Positions 35,601 to 47,600 of a DNA stretch of 64,000 nt are shown piece after piece (position 1 is the stretch's first letter; each line of letters begins with the position of its first letter). Made by a program: the position numbers and the translations under genes. The DNA lies in assembly GCA_013239625.1 (NCBI GenBank), contig MU054823.1, forward strand, positions 772,305 through 836,304, read 5' to 3'. The notes under the pieces were generated by a model that was given only the letters and a program-made list of their open reading frames with translations, was not told where the DNA came from and ran no database searches. The stretch is from Lama guanicoe (lineage: Eukaryota).

Positions 35601-38600
35601 GGCAGTGATGAAGAAAGCCGCCGTGACCTGACCTTCCTGGTACAAGTCAGTTTGTTGGCACGAACGTGTTTCTCTAGGTGCGGAATTACGGACGAGGACA
35701 GGTGCTTATTTATCATTATCACAGACTGCCAGGTGGCTTTGTGAGTGGCCGCCCTGCTTCCTGGCTCACTTGCAGCGCTCGGCAAGTCCCGTCGCTCCGC
35801 GTCCTGCTGGTTCTGGCGCTGTCAGTCTTTGTAAGTTTACCATTTTGGTGGGTGTGTAGTACTGTCTCACCATGGATTTAGTTTGAATTTTCCTAATGAA
35901 TACGTTGGCCAATCATCTTTTCACGTTTATTGACCTTCACATATCTTTTTGTGTGAGGGAGGTTCCTGTTCAGGTCTGTTGCCCATTTTTAAATTGGATT
36001 GTTTGTCATTGTGGTTACGTTTAAGAGTTCTTTTTTGGATACATAGAGGTATGTTCTTTTATGGTTTGTGCCTTTATGTCTAATAAAAACTTTGCCTTTC
36101 CAGATGTCACGAAGGTGTTTTCTTCTAGAAGCTTTACTGTCGGCATGTCCATATTTAGTTCTGTGATTCACCTTTTAGTTAGTTCTGGAGTGTGATGTGA
36201 GATGTAGGGAGCCGGGTGTGCTTTATTTTCATGTGGACATTCAGTGGCTCCGGCACCGCTTGCTGGAAAGACTTCTCTTTCCCCGCTGAATTGCTTTAGT
36301 GCTTTGCAGAAAACCCAGTGGCTGTATGTATTAGTCAGCTGAGGTTGGGTACAGAGCACCCCAACCGTCAGGGGCTTAGACAACAGAACGTGTCCTCACA
36401 GTTCGGGGATCAAAGTGCTGGCAGGTTTGGTTCCTTCTGAGTCTGTCCTGTGCCCTCGCCCAGCTCAGGTGGCCCCTGGCATCTGTGGTGTCCTTGGCTT
36501 GTGGACACATCACCCTGATCTCTGCCTCCATCGTCATCTCAGCCAGTACCTCCCTGTGTCCCAGCTCCCCCTTTTTATGAGGACACCAGTAGTCCTGGGC
36601 GAAAGTCCCACCCTGTTCCAGTGTGACTTCATTCTGCCTTTGCTTGTTACCCCTGTGGGGACCCTTTTTCCAAGTACAACCCCATTCCGGGTGCTGGGGG
36701 TTTGGAGTTAAACATACAGGTCTGGTGGGAGCAGGAGACACAGCCCAGCTCGTAACAGTCTCTATTAGCAAGTGTATTTCAGGGCTCTCTTCTTTCCCAC
36801 CAGTGTCACATCTGCATCACACTCGTAATTTTTTTTTTTTTGAGTAAAAGTAGGTTTATTCAGAGAGAGGCACACTCTATGGACAGAGTGTGGCATCTCA
36901 GAAGGACAGCGAGACCCACACTCTTAATTCGTACAGCTTTGTAGCGAGTCTTTAAGTCTGGTAGTGTGTCCTCAGCTTTGTTCTTCAGGATCGATCGTCC
37001 TCATCAACAAGAAAGCCCTGGTCGCTGTGAGGCAGGTCGCAGGCAGAAGCCACACACAACCATGTGTGGCTCAGTGGTTCACTCAGGACAAACACCTGTG
37101 TGTCCACAACTGCACCCTGGTTCACCCAGCCAAGAAGTGACAGGCACCCTGACTTCCCAGTAGTCCCTTCCTTGTAGTTTATGGTTGTGTCACAAAGCAT
37201 ACTTCCCTGAGGTGCGTTGTTCAGTCGTGTCTGTTTACAGACATTTCGTGTGTGTGTGTGTGTGTGTGCTTACGTCTCTCCTGTTTTGGAGGCTTGGCCT
37301 TTGGTGGTTTTGAGGTCAAATACACGTAATACACAGCTGACCACGCGAAGCATCTGAGTGTGCAGTCAGGGGTGTGGTCTGCATTCATCTCCAGAACCCT
37401 TCTGTCTTGCAGAGCTGAAGCCTGGTCGCTGTCACGCACCACTGCCCGTGTTCAAGTCTCCTGAACCAGGTTCTCCTCAGGCTGTCCTCCCACTTGTGTT
37501 TATCTGGGGCGAGCCTGGGCGGTCCGACGCGAAGCCCCCGCGGCCGGTGCTGCGGGCTGTGTCCTCAGCGTGCAGGTTGCTGTTTTCTCTTCCAAGTTTC
37601 TTGCAGACTGGCAAGAACTTGGATGCAGAGTCAGGATCAGACTCAAGTCCAGTCCCTTTGGCAAGACGGTGGGAGGCACCTTCTCTCTCCTGCGACCTCA
37701 GCGCTAACGCTCAGTGCCGGGGGCAAGTCTGGTGCGGGCCAGTTCTGTTTCTTTTTCAAGGATTAAGTGAAGTACCTTGGTAGAGACTCCCTCATCTACC
37801 ATCCGGCCGGTCGGAAGTGCGGCCCCTGTCAGAAACGCAGGCTCAGTCACTGCCTCTTGTCTTACTTGTCGGTTTCCAGGACGGCAGGCCGGTTCCCCAG
37901 CACCGCCTAAAGGTGACCAGGCGCATGAACGCAAACGTGCTTGACGGTTGTCAGTTCAGCGCAGTTATTGGCGTCACTGAAGCTCACACTGTGTCCTTCT
38001 GGGGGGTGGGGGTATTTGAGTTCTGAGCCCTGCAGCACGACCTCCGAGCTCTGCGGCTGCTGGAGTTCCGGGCTCGACTTGTGTGTGTCTTGCCCCAGAC
38101 CTGGAACCAGCCTTTTCTCCAGAGGCCCTAGTTTCCTTTAGTGAGAAGCTGTCTTTCAAGGCAACAACCTGGCACTTGGGGTGCTTGTTCCTTCCAGGGG
38201 GTCACCGCTTCGGGGCTTTCTCGGCAGCCTGAGCTGGGAAACGTGTCAGCAGGTAGATGAAGCACCCTGGGCGTTCATGTGGACACTTCCAGCTCGACAC
38301 ACAGACCACCGACCTCTCCCTGCTGCTCTTCTCTCTTGTCGTGTCTCTCTCTTCCCCTGCAGGACCCTGGTTCTCCAGGTTCACAGAGTCACCCCAAACC
38401 CGCTGTCTCCTATTACACCAAGACCCACACGAGGGCAATGTTAGTGCCACCACCCCCGGTAGAGTGACTGAGGACACGAGACTGTTTGACACGTGCTTTC
38501 CCCATCCTGCCACTGTCCTCACGGCTGAGGCCCTGCCCGTGTGGTCCGAGGCGGCAGCCAGCATGTGTGTCCCTGCCCCTTCTTGGCCCTCGTTTGGTCT

Positions 38601-41600
38601 CAGGTCTCCAGGTGACCCCTCCCTCCGAGGACCGTGTCTCTGTGCGTCCTGCCGTCTGGCGCTCACTCTCTAGTGGAGCCCCCGGGAGGGCTCCTGGGGG
38701 CACGCGTGTCGGCTTCTTCCTTGTTGAGAGTCGTTTATTTGTGGTTTTTATACCTGTCATTCAGTTTTGCTGGTGATAAAATTCTTGGTTCCCATTTCCT
38801 TGAGTCTCCAGCGTCGCTCTATTTTCTTCTAGCTGCGGCTGCCAGATTTAACAAAGACAGGCAGGCTGCCCCAAATACTGCACGGAACATTCTCGTACTA
38901 GAACATTACTTGCTGCTTCTCCGAAATTTGGATGTAACTGTGCACCACGGATCGACCTGGCAGCCTCTCCTGGGCTAAAGAACTGCTGTCCGGGTCTGAT
39001 GATGATCTGGTTTTCTACCCCCTAACGTGCCACCTGTGAGGTTTTCCCTTTGTTTTCATGTGTTTGCTTTGTTTTTGTTTTCAGATGTCCAGAGGGCTTT
39101 TCCGTTTTCTCTGTGAAGTCCAGTATATTTCCAGAAACATCTGGGTGTTGGTCATTCTGGGCCATCCCCATCGGGGCAAGCAGAGCGCCTGCATTTCTCC
39201 TGACCACATCGCTGCCCCTGGCCTTGCTCTGGTCACCTCAGGCTGCTCCCCTCAGATCACTCTCCGCCGCGCCCTGTGTGGCCAGCTCCTTCTCATCCTT
39301 TGGGTCTCAGCGTCAGTGTCCCTAGTTCAGAAGCACCCAGACCATGACCCCCTTTCATACTGAGCACCCGACATCGGTCTGTGTCCTGTCGTTCTTTTCA
39401 TGACGTCGTTGTGCTTTGTGACAGTCTGAGTTACTTCTGAGGTGTTTTCTGTCTCTTGGGGCAGGGCTGCTCTGTGCCCAGCTAGACCTGAGGGTGAGTG
39501 GGAGGCACCTCGTGTGGGACGGAGCCGCCTGCGGAGGGTGGCCGTGGCCTCTGCTCCTCACTCTGCTCCTTCCACATCTGTTTGTGGTTTGGAACCTTGG
39601 GGATGTGGAACTGGATGGATGCCACCTTCGGCTGGCTGCCCACCCACATCCTGCACCCCCGCGCCCGAGCTCCCCTGACCTGGTCTGACATCACCCGTCC
39701 CCTTTCCTGAGCTGGGCCTCTTTGGCCAGTTTTCTGTAGGGTTGGTTGTAGTCTGTAGTCTTTTCATCTTTTATGGGGCAACATGAGTGCATGCAAAAAA
39801 GCTTGGAGCACACGGTGCGTACTGAGAGGAGCCATGTGGGAGGCCCCCAGCCCACCCCCTTGCTCCAGCAGGCCCCCCCAAGGCGCCACGGTCGGTGTGT
39901 CTCTGCAGGTGGCACAGACAGACCAGCCTGTGCCTTCCTCTGCCTTTTGCTCCCTGGCCCAGCACGGGGTTCTTGGCGCCACTTGAGGTGGCGGCCACAG
40001 TGGCTCCCAGTCCAGGCGCAGGTGGGCGGCGGGCACTTGTTCAGATGGGTCTTGCTTGTTCTCCGATGTCTTTCTTCTCCTACTGACTCATCAGGGTTCT
40101 CTGAGTATTGAGGACGGTGTCTCCGGTCGTGCGCTGCACTTCTGGCGTGCGCGGAGTGGCCGCTGCTTCCCAGCTCTCGGGCTGTCCTGCTGACAAGCTC
40201 GCCAGCCTTCCGGCTGACCTGTCCCCCAGCTCTGCTGCCTGGGGGTCATGGGTCAGTGCCTTGTGAAAGCTGCGGTTTACCGCAGCTGCGTCTGGCACCT
40301 GTGTTTGCTCGGCTGCGCTGTGAGCGTCTCCCGCTCTTGTTTTCTGGCCTTGTTACTGGGAGCCTGACCCTCCTTCCCCAGCGGCTGGCACCCTGCTAGC
40401 TGAGGGACAGCTGCAGGTGCGGGGACCGTGGGGGCCTCGGGGGGCCGGCTCCAGGCCTGAACTCTGCCGGCGGCTCCGAGACTTCAGCAGACTGTGCAGC
40501 TCTGGGCCCTCAGGCCCCTCTGCGAGAGGCGGTCAGGACAACCCCTCCCTGGGGCTGTGGTTGGAATGACAGTGGGCCGCGAGGGCCGCCTGCACTGCCC
40601 GCTCCCCGTCTTCATTATTTTTATTAGTCTCCTAACCACTTCTTGATAGTCACTTTTATCCCCGCTTTAAGTATCAGGAAAGGAAGGGTGACATTGCTGA
40701 TTCTCAAAGTGGGGTCCTTAGACCAGCAGCGCTAGCTCAGCTGGGAACGTGTGGAAAGCGGACACCTGAGCCCACCCAGCCCGGCAGGTTGGGGCCGGGG
40801 GAGCTTGACAAGCCTTCTGTGGTTCTGCTGCCCTGGGAGGCACCCTCTGCACCCCCTCGCTGTGACCTGGGTCTTCCTGACTCAGCCCACTCTTCCTGCT
40901 GCCCTGAACTGTCAGCCTTCTAGTTTTTTAATTGGTTAAAATAATGTTATTTCCTAAAAAGTCATTTTTCCCCTGGAGAGGAAGGAGTAGGCTATGCTGG
41001 TGCCCTCTCGTCCTTTCCCCGTGGCCCTCCCCCCTGTAGTCCTCCCCTGTGGCCCCCGTGATCCTCCCCGGGCCCCCCAGCCCATCTCTGTGGTCCTCCC
41101 CCCATGGCCCTCCCCCCGTGGTCCTTGTCCCCTGTGGAAGGCCACATTGAGGCGAGACCCCTGGCAACGTCCTTGGACCTCATGGTGGTGACGGGCTGGC
41201 CGGCTTCTGTCTCTGGTGGGGACTGAGCCATCTGTTCGTCTCTTGCAGCTGCTCAGATGGAAGTTAAGAAACCGTTCATTCTATCCTCCATGAGGCTGCC
41301 TCTTCTGGACACCAACAACCAGGTAAATCAGTGGGGCCAGCCCCAGCACCACGTGAGCAGCTGTGGGCAGTGTGGCCAGGCTGGGACCTGAACCCACCGC
41401 TGGCCAGGCAGCCGCCCCTCAGCCAGACCCAGACCTCAGCAGGTGAGTGCGGGCTTGGGCATCTGCTGAGCCGTGTGTCTGGGACCCCAGCTTCCCCTGA
41501 GACAGGCACCCAGGCATGAAGTTAGGAGCCGTCCCCGAGACCGCCTTGGGGCCAGACTGTTCTCTAGAGGAACCCCGGAACTCAAGAGAGCTGTCACACT

Positions 41601-44600
41601 CAGGGTCAGAGTTTATTACACCAGAAAGATAGGCTGATATCAGCGAAGGAAGAGGCAGATGGGGCAGGGCCCAGGAGGGCCTAAGCTCAGACCCCCGTTG
41701 TCCCCTGCCCATGGAGCCGTGGGCAGCATGGGCTCCCTGGCGGGGATGTGACAGCATGCACAGGAGCTGCCAACCAGGAAGCCCCTCGTGTCCGGGGTCC
41801 TAATCGGGCCTCCACCCCATAGACCTGGCTGGCCGCCCACCTGGCTGACCTCAGTGTCCAACCCCTCAGGAGGCCAAGCTGATACCACCTGGCCGGCAGC
41901 CCACACCCAAGTCACACAGTTAGATGATTTGATGTGGCTGAAGCCCAGGGAAACAAGGACACTGGACTCAGGCGGGCCGTCCAAGGGCTTGTTGTGACGC
42001 CGACAGCTGAGGACAGGGCTGGTCCTGCCTGCGCTGGGTTAGCCGGGCCCCGCAGTTAGCCGTTCTGCTTGCCTGAAGGCCGCTGGGTCCCCGTCCCATC
42101 CCTGGGGGTTGCCCTGCTCTACACTCGTCCTGGGGAGCCTGTTCTTTGGGACCTTTTGTGAGAGTCTAGAAGCTATTGAAGTGGCCCCAAACCGCCAAGG
42201 TCATATCAGTTCCAGGGCCCCTGTACATCTGGATCACCCCTGAAAGGGCCCTCGCCGGGAGCCACCCCAGTGTCAGGGCCACATGCCCTGGCCTGAGCGC
42301 CCTCATGCTTCCAGACTGCTCACTCCCTCCAGACCCACCAGGGGCACTTGGGACACACATGTACTTGGGGGACGGCACAGGGCAGGGGTGTTTGGCCTGA
42401 GATCCAGAAGAAGAGAGGCGTCAGCAGGACACAGGGAAGGACCCCCCCAGGGAGAGGCCTCTGGCTGGCGCCTGCCCGACAGAGTGTGAGAAGAAGGAGG
42501 TCCTGAAGAGGCGTCAGCTCTGCGGAAGAGATGTCCAGCCATGCTGGCTGGCTGCACCTTTGAGCCACCAGCAGGAGCTACTGAATGGGGCCAGATAACA
42601 GGCTCAGGCCTCCCAGGAGTGTCTGGGCAACAAGTGCAGATTCAGGGACCTCACCCTGAGGGTGAGATGGAGCCCAGGGTGCTGGCACCCTAAGGGACAC
42701 TGGCCTGCAGCCCAAGGAGATGGCAAGCACTGGGCAGGAGTGATGCGTTTGGAGCCAGAGAAGCACCAAGTCTGGTGCCTGGGAGGGAAGGGAGGTCCAG
42801 GGGGAAAGTGAGGAAAAGAGGCCCCCCTTGAGGATGTGAGCATGTCCCAGGCTGTGTGGCAAGGGTCTGTGAAGAAGGGGAGGGGTTGCAGGCACAGGCA
42901 TGGACGTAGATGGTGGTGTGAGCGCAGGTGCAGGCGCAGGTGCGGTTCCAGGCACAAATGCAGGCCAAGGGAAGGGTGAGATTCCCATCTCCGAGGTGGA
43001 GCACTGTGGCACTGAGGCCCCTCCTGCTCTCCCTTGGTTCTGGGCAGGTGAAGCGGGCCGTGGTGCAGGTGATCAGCGCCATGGCGCACCATGGCTACCT
43101 GGAGCAGCCCGGAGGTGAGGCAATGATCGAGTACATCGTGCAGCAGTGCGCGCTGCCCCCCGAGGTGGAGGTAAGGGGCGCTGCCTCGTCCCCCTGTCCC
43201 TGGGCCCACGTCTCCCACCTCCATCAGGCCCTGTGTGCCAGGCAGCCTTCCCTAGCCTCTGAGTTGGGGCCTCTGTACCTGTTCGCTTCCTCAGCTCCCC
43301 GGACTTAGGAAGGAAAGGCAGACTGGACACTTGGCTCCCTTTGGAGCTTGTCTGTCTGAGAAGTTACTCAGTAAATCCCAGTTTTTCTTGAGGAGAAAGA
43401 ACCAGTCTGCCCTGGGGGTCTCGGCATCGCCGCTTTGAGCCTGCGGTAGAGCCCAGCAGGTCATGGGCACCCTTCTGCCCCGGGCCTTTGAGCCCAGAGA
43501 ACTGACCTGTCTGCCAAGGTCAGTGGACAACTGAAGTGGCCCTGCCCAGGGGACCAGGTGCCCTGAGTGGGACTCTGCATTGATGTTGCCCCGGAGTGGG
43601 TGGCCGCCCTGGATGAGGGGGTACAGGTGGTGCTTTTCCCACAGGCCTCAGGGGGCCTGGCCTTATCTTTTTATTTTCTTAATAGTGTCTTTCAGAAAGC
43701 AGAAGTTTTAATATCCTAGAAATCCAGTTTATAAGGTTTTTACTTACGGACCTGGCTTTTGGTGTCCTAGCCAGTAAATCCACCCTTAGGCCACCAAGAC
43801 TCGCTCCTGTGTTTTCTTCCGGCCGTGCTGCCATGGATAGAGCATCCAGGACACTGCTGAGGACAAGTGATGAGCACAGACGTCCTTGCCTTGTTCCCAT
43901 TGCAGGGGGAGCACGCCCCATCTTTAACTGCTAAAGAGTCTTTTGAATCCGAAACTGACATAAACGGTTGCTTTGTGGACCTTGACTGAACCTTGCAGCG
44001 CCAGATAAAGCAGACTTGGGCGTGATGTACAGGCCTTTCGCTGTGTTGCTGGTTTCGTTTGCTGGCATTTTGTTGGGCAGTCTTGCATCTCTTCAGGAGG
44101 GTTATCGGTCTTTACTTTCCCTGTGATGTCTCTCACTGGTAATGCCTAATTGAGTTTGGACATGTTCCCTCTTCTTCCAATTTCTGGAAGAGTTTGTGAA
44201 GGATTTGTATCATTTTTTCCCTTAAATTTTTGGTAGAATTCCTCAGTGGAACCACGTGAGCCTGGAGGTTTCTTTGTTAGAAAGTTTTTAACCATGAATT
44301 CCACATTTTTCATAGACAAAGAATTACTACAATTCTCTGAGTAAGCTTTGGCATATCTCTGGGTCCAGGCCCCTCAGACCTCCTACCTGCTTGGTGACTG
44401 ACTAGCAAGACGTGCAGGACTCAGGTGACTGTGCTCTCCTGGAACGGGCCACACAGAACACGCCCCCACCCACAGCGGGGAAGCCCAGCAGCACAAGGGG
44501 GAGGTGCCTGCCCTGGGAAGCCCGTTTGATGTCCTGAGTGCAGTTTTTTTGGGAGGCAGGCCACGTGGGCACTCTGCTAGGCTCAACCACCAAAACTCCC

Positions 44601-47600
44601 GTCTCCCAACAGGAAGCAGGTGTTCGGTGCCTCAGGTGGCCAAAACAGTCTTATCACTTAGCAGTGTTTCAGAAGCCAAATTCCCTGATGTAAAATGTTT
44701 CAGGTGCTATGGAAAACAGTACTGTGGGTCTTCAAAAAACTAGACCTAGAGTTATCGTGTGACCCAGCAATACCACTTCTGAGTACACATCCCAAAGGGT
44801 TGAGGGCAGGGTCTCCAAGAGGTATTTGCACGTCCATGTTCGTAGCAGCGTTATTCACAATAGCAAAAGGTGGAAGCAGAGTGTCCATCAGCCAAGGAAT
44901 GGATAAACAAGACGTGGTCTGTCCATACAATGGAATGTTACTCAGCCTTAGAAAGGAAGGAAACTCTGACGTGTGCTGCAGCATGTGTCAACTTGGACAG
45001 GTCACTGATTAAAGGTTTACCTACTCGTTGTAGCATCAGTCGATGACTTCCGAGCTCCAATATGTTTCCGTACTCACTTTTCTTGCCTTCTGTGGTTGCG
45101 AAGCGCTTTCCCCTATTTTTCTGTCCATGTGTGATGTCTCTGTGGACTCATCCGTTGCCATTTCGTGCTTTTCTGTCGCTGGCTTGGTGGCCAGGTTGTC
45201 TGAGTTGGCCCCTGTGTCCTTGAGGCGTGTGTCTGCCATTTTTTGAGCCTTTCCTCATTTTCTTGCACAAGAAGTTGTTCTGGATGCACCTTGACCTGTC
45301 CCTGCCTCCAGCTCTGTGGGCCCCTTTCAGATGAGCTCTTTTTATCTTCTGTTTCTGAGACATTTGTCTCCTTTATTTATTTAAATTTTCTTGCTTTCCT
45401 TTTTTGTTTCTCTCTCACTCCTGTTTTCTGGATGTTAGCACTTCTGTTTTCATCTTTCCTTTTCCTTTCTTTGTTCTCCTTTGAAGTCCTCAATCTGATC
45501 TTCCAAGTCAGTAATTCTTTCTTAGCAATAACCATTTCATCATTAATTTCTTGAATCAAATTCTGTATTTCAACTGTTACAAGTTTTCACATTTTTTTTC
45601 TTGTTCTTGGTTCATGTTGATATTTTCCCACCTATGGTATGTTTTTCAGGTCAAGGTTATGTTTTTGGTCTGTGAAACAGAAACAGAAACAAAGTCCATT
45701 TCTGTTTCTAATGGACTTTGTATGTGGCCTCAGTGTTCACTATCAGACAGTTTGTAGTTTCCACTACTAACCCAAAGTTTTTTTTTAGGATTTTAAAATT
45801 TTCTAGGTGATTAGCTTTTCATGACTACTGTGGATTTATAATTTCATTGCATTCTCTACACTGAATCTGGCCAGGTTTAGTTCTCCTTTTGAGAGTTTGT
45901 TGAGATATTCTTTTTGGCCTAATAAATGGTCAGGCTTTCAAAGTTGTTTGTGTATATTTGGTAAAAAGTTTTGTCTATATTTTTAGAGCAAGCTTTAAAA
46001 ATTGTTATTCAAGGGCAGGCGGTATAGGCATGCATGAGGTCCTGGCCTCAATCCCTAGTATCTCCATTAAAAAAAATGTATGTATACAGGTAGGGGTGTA
46101 TGTGGGTGTGTGTGTGTGTGTGTGTGTGTAATTGTAATTGTTATTCAAGGCCTGAATACCCTTATTTTCTCTACTTGATCTTTGATTTCTAAGTGAGAGG
46201 CATTAAAAGTCTCCTGTAATCATTGCAGTTTTCCCAGTTTCTCTCTGTTGTCCAATGTTTGCTTTCTGGGATTTCAAAGCATGAACTGAAGTCTCAGACA
46301 AAGCACTTAGAAAAGAGAAGCCCTTTTCTGCATGGAAGGTTCCCAGTGAGCCGGGCTTTGGGGTGCTGACTCCCCAGGTTTGGAGGAAACCATAGGCCCA
46401 CCAGGCTGTGGAGGTTTTCCTGTGTCCTTGTCTGTTTTCTTGGTGCACAAGGGTCCCTTCATTTTGGAGAGTAGGACTAAGCCTGCGAGCTGGCTTCCTT
46501 GGGCGATTTTAGGGCGTAGTGAGTTTCCTGCCCATGACAGGTGGCCCTGGTGTCCCTTCGGTGGGGGCTGGGTGGGGTCTGTCGCGCTGTGTCTTCATGG
46601 CCAGAGCCCCTGGGAACAGAGAGCGGCTGGGGCCACGGTGCCCACACACTCCTCATGGCCCTCCCCACAGCCTCAAAAGCCTGGCCCCGACGGCGAGGAC
46701 CTCCCGGCCAACAGCGTGCGGACCATCAGCATCAGCACCCTCTACCTGGTCAGCACCACCGTGGACAGGATGAGCCACGTGAGTTGTGCCGCCCCGCCTG
46801 ACCACGCCCCTCCCCACTCCACGGGGGGCCTGGACCTGTCACCCGCAGACACCCCGGCGCTCTGCCCCCAGGTCCTCTGGCCATACCTGCTCGAGTTCCT
46901 GGTCCCTGTGCGCTTCACCGGGGCGCTGACCCCGCTCTGCAGGAGCCTCGTGCACCTGGCCCAGAAGAGGCAGGAGGCAGGGACTGACACCTTCCTCATC
47001 CAGCACAGTGACAACGGTGTGCCCTGACCCCACCTCGCTCTGGCTCCCACCCCTCCCACTCTGCCCTGACCCCAGGCCACAGCCAGGGCCCCTGAGTGTT
47101 TGCCCATCTCCTTTGCAGTGACCCTTCCGTCTCCCTATGCCCTGACCACGAGGCTTCTGGTAAGCAGCGCCCTTGGGTGTTTGGCTTTCATAGCACATGG
47201 GTGGCATCACCTCCCCTGATCAGGTGGCCACCTGGCGGGCGCCACACCCTGAGGGGGTGTCAGGGGAGGAGCAGGCCCTCCCTCTGTCCCCGTGTCCTTG
47301 TACTTGTGCTGTCACTACCGTGCAAAGGACACTGTCTTGCAGTAGGGGGCTGTCAGGCGCTCCCACTGGGGTTTTGGGGAGCTGCATCTCAGGAGGCTCC
47401 TTACCCCTTCTTGGGTGGCTGTGCTCGACCTCCTGTTGGCCGTCGTGGCTCTGGGCACGGGTGGAGAACCCACTTCTGCCTCCTCCAGGCTGTGTCTTCC
47501 AACCCCTACCTGGGAGATGGTCGCGGGGCAGCCTCGCTGCGCCTCCTGAGCGTCCTGCATCGGAATATCCACCCTCTGCTGGGTCCACGGTGGGCGACAA

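Larger units (their letters stand above)
35170..36990 (-). mobile_element. Old L1 (L1ME-like) 3' region hosting later insertions
   Basis: T-rich L1-like tracts such as 'ttgcccatttttaaattggattgtttgtc' and 'tcttaagtctggtagtgtgtcctcagctttgttcttc'-like sequence. Confidence 0.65.
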
